Program-made: the position numbers and the translations under genes
The notes under the pieces: model-generated
Told to the model about the DNA's origin: nothing
Database searches by the model: none
The model's input: only the letters and a program-made list of their open reading frames with translations
DNA from: Clostridia bacterium
GTDB lineage: Bacteria; Bacillota; Clostridia; Oscillospirales; Acutalibacteraceae
DNA: 40,034 nucleotides
NCBI GenBank assembly: GCA_017622415.1
Contig: JAGARD010000133.1
Location: 1 to 40,034 of the forward strand
Direction: 5' to 3'
Part shown: positions 25,116 through 35,070 of the stretch, piece after piece
How positions within the stretch are numbered: the first letter of the stretch is position 1
How the letters are laid out: every line of letters starts with the position of its first letter

Positions 25116-26453
25116 TTATTTTCCCGCCTTTCTCACTTCATTTTTAGCCAGTCGCATTACGGCTGTAAGGGGTCTTCCCGCGGGGCAAACGAATGCACAG
25201 CTTCCGCACTCCATACAGTACATAACGTTAAGGGCATTAAGCTCATCTAATTTTGGATTTTTAACCGCGAATTCCACCCCTGCAGGAGTAAGACCCATAG
25301 GACAGGTGCGCATACATCTGCCACAACGAATACAGTCGGTCATAGGCTTGCTCTCAGCCTGTTTTCCCGTAAAGGCTAAAATTGCGTTGTTCTGCTTTAA
25401 AACAGGTAAGGAGGTATCATAAATGGCAATACCCATCATAGGACCGCCCATAAGTACCTTTTCAGGATTTTCTGCCTTAACCTGATTTAAAACATAAGAA
25501 ATCGGCGTACCAATAGGAACAATAAGGTTTTTGGGCTCCTTTACGGCATTTCCGTCTACCGTAATACGCTTGCTTACAAGTGGCATACCTGTTTGAATGT
25601 AGCGATACAAAAATGAAATACTGGTTATGTTCATTACTATGCAACCAATATCGCTGGGAAGCTTGCCAAGCGGCAGCTTTCTTTTGGTTGCTGAATAAAT
25701 AAGTACCTTTTCTGCTCCTTGAGGATAACGGGATTTAAGCTTCATAAGCTTAACCTTATCATCGGCATCCTGCTTATCTGAGGCAATTTCATAAAGGGTT
25801 TTTATGGCTTTGGGCTTGTTGTCCTCAACACAAATAATTACTCTTTCAATTCCAAGCAGTTTTTTAACAAGATAAACACCGCCCAAAATATCCTCAGGAT
25901 GCTCCATACATTCTCTGTAATCGGCGGTAATAAAGGGCTCACACTCTGCACCGTTAATAATAAGAGTATCGAGCGGCTTATCTGCCGAGGGCTTTAGCTT
26001 TACGTGTGCTGGGAAGCCCGCACCTCCAAGACCAACCAAGCCCGATGCCCTTGCGGCTAAAAGCAAATCCTCTACCGTTTCCACCTTGGGCGGCTTGATT
26101 TCGGGGTCGGGGGTCATCTCACCGTCAGAAGTAATAACAACCGCCTTAACCTCATTGCCTGCAGGCATACGAATTGTGGTTATTTCACTAACTTCACCCG
26201 AAACGGATGAGTGTATGGGTGCACTCACAAAGGCGTCGGTATCGCCAATTGTGGTACCTACATAAACCTTATCTCCCACCTTTACGGTAGGCTCACAGGG
26301 TGCACCTATGTGCTGTGACATAGAGATTATTACCTTTTCGGGAGGGGTTAAAACTACCGATTCTGCTTCAGCGGTGGTTTTGTTGTGGGGCAGACGTACG
26401 CCACCCCTTACCCTACCAAAAGGCTTTAAAATGCTTTCTCCTTTTTTCACCAA
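25116..26453 (-). CDS. rnfC: Rnf complex subunit C
   Basis: 445 aa with the NADH/FMN-binding region GLGGAGFP, two 4Fe-4S motifs (CIRCGRCMRTCP and CMECGSCAFVCP), and a TTG/GTG start after GGGAGG. Confidence 0.9.
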   Translation of the reverse strand: MVKKGESILKPFGRVRGGVRLPHNKTTAEAESVVLTPPEKVIISMSQHIGAPCEPTVKVGDKVYVGTTIGDTDAFVSAPIHSSVSGEVSEITTIRMPAGNEVKAVVITSDGEMTPDPEIKPPKVETVEDLLLAARASGLVGLGGAGFPAHVKLKPSADKPLDTLIINGAECEPFITADYRECMEHPEDILGGVYLVKKLLGIERVIICVEDNKPKAIKTLYEIASDKQDADDKVKLMKLKSRYPQGAEKVLIYSATKRKLPLGKLPSDIGCIVMNITSISFLYRYIQTGMPLVSKRITVDGNAVKEPKNLIVPIGTPISYVLNQVKAENPEKVLMGGPMMGIAIYDTSLPVLKQNNAILAFTGKQAESKPMTDCIRCGRCMRTCPMGLTPAGVEFAVKNPKLDELNALNVMYCMECGSCAFVCPAGRPLTAVMRLAKNEVRKAGK

Positions 26454-26491
26454 TATACCTCCCTATTAATGAAATAAAAGTGAATTTACTT

Positions 26492-27769
26492 TTAATCCTC
26501 TACTGTATCTACTGCTTTAAAGGCTTTTTTAATATCTTCAATAATATCGTTAACATCCTCTAAGCCTACTGAGAAGCGAATAAGTCCTGGGTTAATGCCT
26601 GCCGCAACAAGCTGTTCATCAGTAAGCTGACGGTGGGTTGCACTTGCGGGATGAAGCACGCAGGTACGAATATCTGCAACGTGAACCTCGTTTCTTGCAA
26701 GCTTTAGTCCGTCCATAAAGGCGATTGCCTTTTTTCTGCCTCCCTTAATGGTAAGGGAAATTACACCCGCAGTGCCGTTTGGCAGATATTTTTTAGCTAA
26801 ATCATTATATTTATCCGAGGTCAAACCAGGGTAGGAAACTGTATCAAAATATCCCGACTCCTCAAAGAACTTTGCAACGGTCAATGCGTTTTCACAGTAC
26901 TGCTTCATTCTTATGGGCAGAGTTTCAAGTCCCAAATTAAGTAGGAATGAGGAATGGGCAGAGGGGTAGCAGCCAAAGTCACGCATTAACTGCATTCTTG
27001 CCTTTGCGATGAATGCCGCCTTACCGAAATCTCTGGTATAAACAACGCCGTGATAGGATTCATCGGGAGTACAGAAATCTTGGTATTTTCCGTTTTCCCA
27101 GTTGAAATTACCGCTGTCTACAATAACACCGCCAACCTGCAAGGCGTGACCGTCCATATATTTTGTGGTGGAATGAATAACAATGTCTGCACCAAAGGAA
27201 ATGGGCTTGCAAAGTATGGGGGTTGGAAAGGTGTTATCTATAATAAGGGGCATACCGTTTCTGTGGGCAAGCTTTGCAATACGCTCAATATCCATAACGG
27301 CTAGCTTGGGATTTGCAAGCGTTTCGCCGAACACACAGCGAGTGTTTGGTTTAATAAGAGCCTCAATTTCCTCGTCAGAGGAATCGGGGTCAAAGAAAAT
27401 ACACTCAATGCCAAAACGTTTTAAGGTAACAGCAAAAAGATTTACCGTACCGCCGTAAATAACGGTAGAGCATAAAAAGCTTTCCCCCGCTGAGCAAAGG
27501 TTTAAAATGGAAAGAAGCGAAGCCGCCTGACCGGAGGAGGTACACATTGCACCAACGCCGCACTCAAGCTCGGCTATTTTTTTCTCAACCGCATCGGTAG
27601 TGGGGTTTGAAAAACGGGAATACATGTGTGCGGTAGGCATATCAAAAAGGTCACCTACCTCCTTGGTTGTATTAAAAGCATAGGTTGTGCTTTGCACAAT
27701 GGGCATTACACCAGGGCCACCGTTTTCGGGGGTATAGCCTGAATGTAAGCATTTTGTTGCGTCTTTCAT
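26492..27769 (-). CDS. metY: O-acetylhomoserine sulfhydrylase (PLP-dependent, Cys/Met metabolism family)
   Basis: PLP-lysine context HSTTKYMDGH, N-terminal HSGY, and NPT...EKKIAELE. Start set at 27769 (MKDATK), where AAGGAGGA lies upstream. The ORF-track start at 27802 has no SD. Confidence 0.85.
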   Translation of the reverse strand: MKDATKCLHSGYTPENGGPGVMPIVQSTTYAFNTTKEVGDLFDMPTAHMYSRFSNPTTDAVEKKIAELECGVGAMCTSSGQAASLLSILNLCSAGESFLCSTVIYGGTVNLFAVTLKRFGIECIFFDPDSSDEEIEALIKPNTRCVFGETLANPKLAVMDIERIAKLAHRNGMPLIIDNTFPTPILCKPISFGADIVIHSTTKYMDGHALQVGGVIVDSGNFNWENGKYQDFCTPDESYHGVVYTRDFGKAAFIAKARMQLMRDFGCYPSAHSSFLLNLGLETLPIRMKQYCENALTVAKFFEESGYFDTVSYPGLTSDKYNDLAKKYLPNGTAGVISLTIKGGRKKAIAFMDGLKLARNEVHVADIRTCVLHPASATHRQLTDEQLVAAGINPGLIRFSVGLEDVNDIIEDIKKAFKAVDTVED

Positions 27770-27832
27770 AATAAAAAATCCTCCTTGGAATATTAAAAGC
27801 AATTATATATTGCACATAAAAATACACAGTTT

Positions 27833-27861
27833 ATTATACCTTAAAAACAGCTTAATGTCAA
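27833..27861 (-). promoter_or_regulatory. metY promoter
   Basis: Minus strand: TTGACA (27856..27861), 17 nt, TATAAT (27833..27838). Confidence 0.65.
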
Positions 27862-27962
27862 TTTTAAAGAGTGTTAAAATATTATCAATTAAATATTTCC
27901 ATTTTTCTCAAAATTTTGCATTAAAAACGCATTTTTCATTAAAAGAAAAGACTGCCCTAATG

Positions 27963-27991
27963 TTGACAATCTTTTCTTTTTGATATATAAT
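27963..27991 (+). promoter_or_regulatory. Promoter of the zinc-ribbon membrane protein gene
   Basis: TTGACA (27963..27968), 17 nt, TATAAT (27986..27991). Confidence 0.7.
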
Positions 27992-28051
27992 CAAAAATGT
28001 AAGCAGTAGCTTTCTTTTTAAACACTTTTAATGAAAAGGAGAGTATAATTT

Positions 28052-29878
28052 ATGATTTGTAAAAATTGTGGAAATCAATTGCCTGAAGGTACCGCTTTTT
28101 GCGGAGTGTGCGGTGTAAAAATCGAAGATGCTCCCGTAAGCGAGCCTGAGGCATCTGTATATGAAGCAGCAGCTCCTACCGATACTACTAAGTATGAAGA
28201 GGCTGAAGCAGCAGCACCTGCAGACACCGCTCAGTATGAGCAAAAGGAGTCTGTTGCTCCCACCTACATAAATGATGGTGCGGTAAATGAGTCTGCACCC
28301 AAAAAGAAATCTAAAAAATGGTTATTTGTAGCTATTCCCGTACTTGCAGTTGTGCTTGCAGTAGTTCTTTGCTTTAACACCCTCACGGGATTTTTTGTAA
28401 AGAATTTTGGCTCCAACGCTTCCTATTTCGCTTATGTTGAGGGCACCTCCCTTAGTGGCTACAGTAATACCGTCACAAGCCTTTACGGTGTGGGTAAAAA
28501 CAACATTGTAAACGGCGGTGGTGCAGAGGGTGAAATGGCCATTGAGCTTGGCGATACCCTTACAACAATGCTTTCGGGCTATGCAAACGGTATGGATTTA
28601 AGCTGGCTTAAGCAGATTAAAATTAAAATAGATGCTGACACCGTAGGTAATAAATCATCGGGTACACTTGCTCTTGTTTTGGGTGAGAAGACCGTCCTTA
28701 ACGCTGAGTATATTTTGGATAACGAAAAGGGCGTTGCCTACTTAAGATGCAAGGAATTAAGCGATAAATTCATTAAATTTGAAATTCCTAATATGTCGGG
28801 CTCGGCATTTACAGCTATGTCCACCGTTGCCGCAAATTCTGCTTCCTCTTCCGCTTTAAATAACATTTATGACTTAATGGAATATTCACCAAGCGAGGAA
28901 GAGCTTGATAAGCTACTTAAAAAATATATTGATATTGTTTTAAAGCAGGTAACAGATGATGATGTTACAAAAGAAGCAGGCGAAATTACAGCAAACGGCA
29001 TTACCGAAAACTGTACCGTTTTAAAGCTTAATATTACCGATAAGCTTTTGCTTAATGTTGTTAAGGCTGTTTTAACCGAGGCTAAGAACGATAAAGAAAT
29101 TATAGCTATTATAGAAAGATTTGAAAAAGGCATAAAGGAAATTTCCGAAATCGAAGGAAACGCCGTAGAGGAATATAAAAAGGGTATTGATGACGCTCTT
29201 GAAAATGTTGATGAAACCATTGCTGAGTTAGAGGGCAACGGTAAAGAATATTTCTCCCTTATAGATTATGTTAACGGCTCTCACGAGATTATAGGCCGTG
29301 AGGTTGCCTTAAACGGAACTACCGCCTTATCTATTCTCTCAGCAGAAAACGGCAAAGACATAGGCTATGAGCTTTCTGTTGCAGGCAAGCTTTCTTTTAC
29401 AGGCAAGGCTCAGAAAAACGGCGAGGCTGTTACAGGTGATTTTTCACTGGTTGTAGAGGGAAAAGAAATTATTATTATCAGCACCGAAAATCTTGCCTCA
29501 GACATTGAAAACACTACATTAAATGGAGCTATAGTATTAAAGCTTGGTAAGGACGTTAAAGACCTTATGGACAGCAGTGCCTACACAACCCTTTCACTAC
29601 TTGACCTTTCGTTAAGAATGGAGTTTGAAAGTTCTGCAGATAAAGCCCTTTCTTCTTTTGCTGTGCTTTCGGGCGAAAAGGTATTCCTTAAGCTTTCTGT
29701 AAATTCTAAAACCACCGAAGCTATTGTTGCAGATGTTCCAGCTGACGGTGAAACAATAAGCTCTGACGAGATTGAAATTTCCGACCTTGATTTGTCTAAG
29801 GTTATTGATAATCTTAAAGAGGCTGGCGTACCACAAAATCTTCTCACCATTTTACAGTACGCCGCTATGGCAGGCTAG
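28052..29878 (+). CDS. Zinc-ribbon, single-pass membrane protein with a large uncharacterised extracytoplasmic domain
   Basis: 608 aa. N-terminal CKNCG...CGVCG zinc ribbon, an acidic Ala/Pro-rich linker with a 14-aa tandem repeat, a TM helix (WLFVAIPVLAVVLAVVLCF), then about 490 aa with no motif I recognise. Confidence 0.6.
   Translation: MICKNCGNQLPEGTAFCGVCGVKIEDAPVSEPEASVYEAAAPTDTTKYEEAEAAAPADTAQYEQKESVAPTYINDGAVNESAPKKKSKKWLFVAIPVLAVVLAVVLCFNTLTGFFVKNFGSNASYFAYVEGTSLSGYSNTVTSLYGVGKNNIVNGGGAEGEMAIELGDTLTTMLSGYANGMDLSWLKQIKIKIDADTVGNKSSGTLALVLGEKTVLNAEYILDNEKGVAYLRCKELSDKFIKFEIPNMSGSAFTAMSTVAANSASSSALNNIYDLMEYSPSEEELDKLLKKYIDIVLKQVTDDDVTKEAGEITANGITENCTVLKLNITDKLLLNVVKAVLTEAKNDKEIIAIIERFEKGIKEISEIEGNAVEEYKKGIDDALENVDETIAELEGNGKEYFSLIDYVNGSHEIIGREVALNGTTALSILSAENGKDIGYELSVAGKLSFTGKAQKNGEAVTGDFSLVVEGKEIIIISTENLASDIENTTLNGAIVLKLGKDVKDLMDSSAYTTLSLLDLSLRMEFESSADKALSSFAVLSGEKVFLKLSVNSKTTEAIVADVPADGETISSDEIEISDLDLSKVIDNLKEAGVPQNLLTILQYAAMAG
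28163..28246 (+). repeat. Imperfect 42-nt tandem duplication inside the zinc-ribbon protein linker
   Basis: The units at 28163..28204 and 28205..28246 encode EAAAPTDTTKYEEA and EAAAPADTAQYEQK. Confidence 0.8.
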
Positions 29879-29923
29879 TTCAAGTTTGAATGCTTTGGCT
29901 AATGCTAAATAAACATTAATTTA

Positions 29924-29962
29924 CGGCGCTGATACACTAAAAATGAATCAGCGCCGCTTTTT
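29924..29962 (+). terminator. Terminator or attenuator hairpin between the zinc-ribbon gene and the ABC ATPase gene
   Basis: CGGCGCTGAT (29924..29933) pairs with ATCAGCGCCG (29947..29956), followed by CTTTTT. It lies only 15 nt upstream of the ABC ATPase start. Confidence 0.7.
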
Positions 29963-29977
29963 ATAGCAGGTGTTAAA

Positions 29978-30646
29978 ATGAAACTGGAAATAAATCACAT
30001 TAAAAAAAGCTTTGGTAAAAAGCAGGTTCTCCGCGATATAAGTCTTACTGCCGAAAAGGGTGAGTGTATTGGTATTTTAGGTGCTAATGGAAGCGGAAAA
30101 TCCACCCTGCTTACAATCCTTGCGGGAGTTCAGAAGGCGGGGGGCGGAGAATTTTTACTAAACGGCGAAAACCTATTTAAAAATTCGTCCTTACGTTCTA
30201 AAACGGTGGGATATGTGCCTCAGGGCACTCCACTTATCGACGAGCTTACTGCCTATGATAATCTTTTGCTTTGGTATTCCAAAAAGGAATTAAAGGCGGA
30301 GCTTGAAAACGGAATTTTAAAGCTTTTGGGTATTAATGAATTTATAAAAGTACCTGTAAGAAAGATGTCAGGTGGTATGAAAAAACGGCTTTCTATTGGT
30401 TGTGCCGTAGCCAAAAAGCCCCCTGTTCTTTTGCTTGACGAGCCAACCGCGGCACTTGATATAGCCTGCAGACAGGATATTGCCGAATATCTTAAGGGCT
30501 ACAAGGCGGCAGGCGGAATTTTGTTTTTAACCACCCACGACCCACTCGAGCTTGAGCTTTGCGACCGTCTTTTTATCATCAAAGAGGGACTTCTTACCCC
30601 CTTTGAATTTGACGGAAATCTGCAAAAGCTAGTCGAAAGCCTGTAA
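29978..30646 (+). CDS. ABC transporter ATP-binding protein
   Basis: Walker A GANGSGKST, signature MSGGMKKRL, Walker B LLLDEPT. Confidence 0.9.
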   Translation: MKLEINHIKKSFGKKQVLRDISLTAEKGECIGILGANGSGKSTLLTILAGVQKAGGGEFLLNGENLFKNSSLRSKTVGYVPQGTPLIDELTAYDNLLLWYSKKELKAELENGILKLLGINEFIKVPVRKMSGGMKKRLSIGCAVAKKPPVLLLDEPTAALDIACRQDIAEYLKGYKAAGGILFLTTHDPLELELCDRLFIIKEGLLTPFEFDGNLQKLVESL

Positions 30647-30652
30647 TAGACT

Positions 30653-31882
30653 ATGAGAAAATATTTTTATTTACAATTAAAGCGTCTGATTAAAATTTTA
30701 CCGCCGCTTCTTATCGCCTGCCTTGTAATATCATTGGCGCTTGGTGTTTTTTTAGGCGGAATGATAGAAAATGACAAAAACGACGCAAAAAACCAAAAAT
30801 TTAAAATTGCGGTGGTTGGCAGCACCGAGGACAGCTACCTTAATATGGGTGTTAAGGCACTTGAAACGCTTGACTCCACTCGCTTTGCCGTAGAAATTGA
30901 GCAGACCGACGAGGTAACTGCCAGAAAAAATTTAGAAAGCGGAAAGCTAGCCGCTTATGTTGTTATTCCCAAAGGCTTTGCCGAAGCGGCATACCGCGGG
31001 GATATTATGAAAATTAAATACTACACAACCGACAGTGCAGTCGGTGTTGTTTCTATATTTAAGGACGAGGTTACAAAAACCATATCCGATATATTAGTAG
31101 ACTCCCAAAAAGGGGTTTACGGTTTCGGCGATGCCCTACAGGAAAACACCTCAATCAGTAATATAGGTGACCGTATGACTGCTCTCAGCCTTGAATATGT
31201 TTCCCTTATTTTAAAGCGTTCTGAAATATATACCGTATCCGTTCTAGGTGTTTCTAGCGGTCTTTCGACTGCGGGATATTTCCTTTGCGGAATTTTAACC
31301 CTTTTTATACTGCTTTTGGGCATTGTTGCAACAGGTGTTTTCATTAAAAAGGATAATTCTCTTTGCAGGGTTATAAGTGCAAAGGGCGGCAATGCATTAT
31401 GGCAGGTAGCAAGTGAATATCTAGCCTATTTTTTGCTTATATTTTTAATTGTTTCCCTTGTTTTAACGGTTATTTTGGGCTTTACCGACCTTTCTGATGT
31501 TATTCCCGATATAAGCTGGCTTGTTTTGGCAGATATACCGTTGCTTCTTATTAAACTTATACCCGCCGTTGCTCTAATCACCGCCTTACAGTTTTTGCTT
31601 TTTGAGATTTCCTCATCCCTCGTAAGCGGTGTTTTGCTTCAGTTTTTAACCGCCGTTGCACTGGGCTATATTTCGGGTTGCTTTTATCCCATTTACTTTT
31701 TCCCCGAAAGTGTGCAAAAATTCTCACAGCTTTTACCGTCGGGCATTGCAAGAGTTCACATTTCAAACTGTATTAGTAATGCTTTCGATAATAAATTAGT
31801 GCTTGCCGGTGCGGTTTACTTTGCCGTAATAATGCTAATTACAGTTATTGTACGGCGTTATAGAATTGTCGGAAAGGAGTGA
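30653..31882 (+). CDS. ABC-2-type permease (TM1, large external loop, C-terminal TM bundle)
   Basis: 409 aa. N-terminal TM helix, a soluble loop of about 170 aa, then 5 predicted TM helices. Immediately follows the ATPase gene. Confidence 0.7.
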   Translation: MRKYFYLQLKRLIKILPPLLIACLVISLALGVFLGGMIENDKNDAKNQKFKIAVVGSTEDSYLNMGVKALETLDSTRFAVEIEQTDEVTARKNLESGKLAAYVVIPKGFAEAAYRGDIMKIKYYTTDSAVGVVSIFKDEVTKTISDILVDSQKGVYGFGDALQENTSISNIGDRMTALSLEYVSLILKRSEIYTVSVLGVSSGLSTAGYFLCGILTLFILLLGIVATGVFIKKDNSLCRVISAKGGNALWQVASEYLAYFLLIFLIVSLVLTVILGFTDLSDVIPDISWLVLADIPLLLIKLIPAVALITALQFLLFEISSSLVSGVLLQFLTAVALGYISGCFYPIYFFPESVQKFSQLLPSGIARVHISNCISNAFDNKLVLAGAVYFAVIMLITVIVRRYRIVGKE

Positions 31883-31889
31883 CCGTAAA

Positions 31890-33029
31890 ATGGGAAAAAT
31901 TAAGAAACTGTTTTTATGGTATTTCCTTTTAAATAAGCGATTTTTAAAAAAGGTTGGGCTTTGGGCAATACTTTTAATAATTCCTCTGCTTACAGTTGCA
32001 CTTAATATTGTATCGTTAGAGGATAATGGAATTATATCGGTTGCACTTGCTGCCGAAAATAAAAATGATGCCTTAGTGTCTGAAATTATAGACGAAATCA
32101 GGCAAGATAACCGCCTTATGCGTTTTGTGGTTGCTAGCACCCCCGCCGAAGCCGAAAACCTAGTAAAGGACGGCAGAGTGGACGCGGCTTGGATTTTTCC
32201 CGATAATTTGGCACAAAAGCTGAATAATTTTGTTAATGATAAGCAAAGCGTTATACGCATTTTGGAAAGGGAAGAAACAGTACCGCTTATGCTATCCAGA
32301 GAAAAGCTTAGCGGAGTTATTTATAAAAACTGTTCCTCTTCACTTTATATAAAATATGTACGTGAAAATGCTTTAGAGTTAAATTCGGTGTCGGACGAAA
32401 GGCTTATGGAATATTATAACGATATTAAATCGGACGGCGACCTTTTTGAGTTTTCATACACAAATGAAGCACATTCAACCAAGGACGCTCGTGAGACTGG
32501 CTATCTTTTAACCCCTGTAAGGGGACTTATGGCAATAATGCTTGTTTTAAGCGGACTTGCCGCAGCAATGTTCTACACAGCCGATGATAAAAACGGCACC
32601 TTTGCGTGGATAAGCCAAAAAGCAAAGCCCTTTGTGGCGGGTGCTTTTCACCTAATACCCATTTCCATAACCGCTCTTGCAATGCTCATCTCCCTTTATT
32701 TATCGGGACTTTGGATAGGATTTTTAAGGGAGCTTTTGCTAGCATTCTTGTACGTTATTTGCATCACCGTTTTTTGTATGACGGTAAGGCTTATTTGTGG
32801 CTCGGGTAAAATACTCGGTGCCATAACCCCTATAATGATGCTACTGTTTATTGTTATTTGTCCTGTGTTTTTGGATATAAAGGTGCTTCGCCCCATCCAA
32901 AGCCTTTTCCCAACCTTTCATTATCTATCTGCGGTGCATAATAACAAATTTATTGCTTTTATGGCAGTTTATGCCGTTATAGGCTCGGTGGTTTATTTTC
33001 TTCTTTCAAAAATTCTTCACAAAGCATAA
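31890..33029 (+). CDS. Second ABC-2-type permease
   Basis: Same topology as the preceding permease. Start set at 31890 (MGKIKK) with AAGGAG upstream. The ORF-track start at 31848 overlaps the previous gene. Confidence 0.7.
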   Translation: MGKIKKLFLWYFLLNKRFLKKVGLWAILLIIPLLTVALNIVSLEDNGIISVALAAENKNDALVSEIIDEIRQDNRLMRFVVASTPAEAENLVKDGRVDAAWIFPDNLAQKLNNFVNDKQSVIRILEREETVPLMLSREKLSGVIYKNCSSSLYIKYVRENALELNSVSDERLMEYYNDIKSDGDLFEFSYTNEAHSTKDARETGYLLTPVRGLMAIMLVLSGLAAAMFYTADDKNGTFAWISQKAKPFVAGAFHLIPISITALAMLISLYLSGLWIGFLRELLLAFLYVICITVFCMTVRLICGSGKILGAITPIMMLLFIVICPVFLDIKVLRPIQSLFPTFHYLSAVHNNKFIAFMAVYAVIGSVVYFLLSKILHKA

Positions 33030-33095
33030 AATTGCTCTTAAAATCATTAAAATCCATTTTTAAAACAAAAAACAACAAAATATTGCTTTTAAATG

Positions 33096-33124
33096 TTGCA
33101 AGCTCCACTCCTTTGAGGTATAAT
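33096..33124 (+). promoter_or_regulatory. Promoter of the AraC-family gene at 33148
   Basis: TTGCAA (33096..33101), 17 nt, TATAAT (33119..33124). Confidence 0.65.
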
Positions 33125-33147
33125 ACTTTAAAAGGAGGGGAGCGGCT

Positions 33148-33945
33148 ATGCTTTATGAGTACCATAGTTTTTTGGATGATGAGCTTAAAATTATTCATCA
33201 TATAGATGAACTTAAAAAAAATAAAGGCTTTTTATCTCATCTTCATTATAATGTGGAGCTTCTTTTAATGCGAAAGGGCTCGGCAGAAATCTGGGTTGAT
33301 GACCAATCGGTTATTTTAAACGAAAATGAGCTTGCAGTTATAGCTCCTAACAGAATACATAAAAGTAGGTCTATCAGCGAAATATGCGAATACTACTGCC
33401 TTATTATAGACCACAGCGTTTATGACGATTGGTTTAAGAAGGAGGAGCGGAAATTCCCGCTTAAATGCACAAGCAAAGCGGTTACTGATGCATATAAATC
33501 GGTTTTTACCTTGCTGAACGAAAAACCCTCTTATTATAAACAGGAGGCAAAAGCACAAATTTTAATAATGCTTTCTAATCTTTTTCGTCTTAGCAATGAG
33601 CAAGGCTATGAAAGCAGTTCCCCATCAGACAGTCACCGAATAGATATGACCCGAAAGGCAATTATTTATATGTATGAAAATTTTGCATCGGATATTTCGG
33701 TGGAGGATATGGCAAAGGCGGTAGGCTTTAGCAAATACTATTTTTGCCGCAGCTTTAAGGAAATAACGGGACAAACACCCCTTTGGCACCTTAACTTTAT
33801 CAGGCTAAGAAGTGCTAAGGCTTTTTTAAAATCAAATAAGAGCAGTATCACCGAAGCGGCTTTAAATTGTGGATTTAACAATACATCATATTTTTGCAAG
33901 CTGTATAAAAAGTATTTTGGAAAATCACCAAAGCAGGATTTGTAA
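33148..33945 (+). CDS. AraC-family transcriptional regulator (cupin plus HTH)
   Basis: 265 aa. C-terminal double HTH (YYFCRSFKEITGQTP and NTSYFCKLYKKYFGKSP) with an N-terminal cupin-like domain. Confidence 0.85.
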   Translation: MLYEYHSFLDDELKIIHHIDELKKNKGFLSHLHYNVELLLMRKGSAEIWVDDQSVILNENELAVIAPNRIHKSRSISEICEYYCLIIDHSVYDDWFKKEERKFPLKCTSKAVTDAYKSVFTLLNEKPSYYKQEAKAQILIMLSNLFRLSNEQGYESSSPSDSHRIDMTRKAIIYMYENFASDISVEDMAKAVGFSKYYFCRSFKEITGQTPLWHLNFIRLRSAKAFLKSNKSSITEAALNCGFNNTSYFCKLYKKYFGKSPKQDL

Positions 33946-33959
33946 ACATACTCTTGCTC

Positions 33960-33988
33960 TTGAATTTACTAAAATTATGTGGTATACT
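33960..33988 (+). promoter_or_regulatory. Promoter of the 141-aa membrane-anchored protein gene
   Basis: TTGAAT (33960..33965), 17 nt, TATACT (33983..33988). Confidence 0.55.
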
Positions 33989-34018
33989 ATCATAAAACCT
34001 TGAAAAGAAGGTGCAACC

Positions 34019-34444
34019 GTGAAAATTAAATACGCGGAACCCATTTTAGTATTTTTAATTATAATTACTATGCTTTTTAATGCCGCCTATATGGCGGTGG
34101 ATGCCTTTGGCTATGATATGGACGAGCTTCCAAAGGGTAAATTCCTTTATTCGGTAATGTCACCCGACGGAAAAAACACCTTTAGCCTTTATCTTGTTAA
34201 AATGGAAAAGGTAAACACCGCAATCAGAGGCGAGGTTGTTTCTATTGATGAAAATGCCGAAATGAAAAAGCAGAATGTATATTGGCAGGTTGGTGCAAAA
34301 ACTGCCATTGCAGGCTGGAAGGATGAAGCTACCATCACCGTAAATGATAAAGAAATTAAGCTGGGCGGAGAGCCGTATGACAGCCGAACTCAGATTGAGC
34401 TTCCCAAACATTCTGCCAAAAACCGTACTATGAACAGCAAATAA
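34019..34444 (+). CDS. Small membrane-anchored hypothetical protein (possibly DUF5412-like)
   Basis: 141 aa with a GTG start after GAAGGTG. N-terminal TM helix followed by a beta-rich domain (YSVMSPDGKNTFSLYLV...IRGEVV). The family assignment is from memory only. Confidence 0.5.
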   Translation: MKIKYAEPILVFLIIITMLFNAAYMAVDAFGYDMDELPKGKFLYSVMSPDGKNTFSLYLVKMEKVNTAIRGEVVSIDENAEMKKQNVYWQVGAKTAIAGWKDEATITVNDKEIKLGGEPYDSRTQIELPKHSAKNRTMNSK

Positions 34445-34465
34445 ACCTGTGAAAGGAAAATAAAT

Positions 34466-35065
34466 ATGAACATTCAAACAGCATTGCCCGTAGAGGGAGA
34501 TACCGTTGCAACAATGAAAACCAATATGGGTGAGATTAAAATAAAGCTCTTTCCCCAGTTTGCACCCAAGGCGGTAGAAAATTTTGTGACCCACTCCAAA
34601 AACGGATATTATAACGGACTTATTTTTCACCGCGTTATTCCCGATTTTATGATTCAGGGCGGCGACCCTATGGGTTCGGGTATCGGCGGAGAAAGCATTT
34701 GGGGCACCCCTTTTAAGGATGAATTTGCCCCTGAGCTTCATAATCTTCGCGGTGCACTTTCTATGGCTAACTCAGGTCCATCAACCAACGGAAGCCAGTT
34801 TTTCATCGTTCAGGCAAAGGATACTCCTGCACAGATGCTTGAGCAGATGGAACAAATGACCGCCGAGCAGGGCTTCCCACCTGAGGCAACCCAAAGCTAT
34901 AAGGAGATGGGCGGCACACCTTGGCTAGATTTCCGTCATACCGTTTTCGGTCAGGTGTTTGAGGGTATGGAGGTTGTAGATGCCATAGCCACCGTTAAAA
35001 CAGGCCCCAACGACAAACCCGTAGAAGATGTAGTTATAAACGAAATTGTTATTGAAGTTTTATAA
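34466..35065 (+). CDS. ppiB: Peptidyl-prolyl cis-trans isomerase, cyclophilin type
   Basis: Cyclophilin signatures [15 protein letters not shown] and [16 protein letters not shown]. Confidence 0.92.
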   Translation: MNIQTALPVEGDTVATMKTNMGEIKIKLFPQFAPKAVENFVTHSKNGYYNGLIFHRVIPDFMIQGGDPMGSGIGGESIWGTPFKDEFAPELHNLRGALSMANSGPSTNGSQFFIVQAKDTPAQMLEQMEQMTAEQGFPPEATQSYKEMGGTPWLDFRHTVFGQVFEGMEVVDAIATVKTGPNDKPVEDVVINEIVIEVL

Positions 35066-35070
35066 AAGAA

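Noticed and set aside
27770-28051. I looked for an S-box or T-box element, or a small ORF, in the 282-nt metY / zinc-ribbon intergenic region. One 42-codon ATG ORF starts at 27856.
   Set aside because: Only two back-to-back sigma-70-type promoters are recognisable. There are no conserved riboswitch cores, and the small ORF has no SD and overlaps the metY -35 box.
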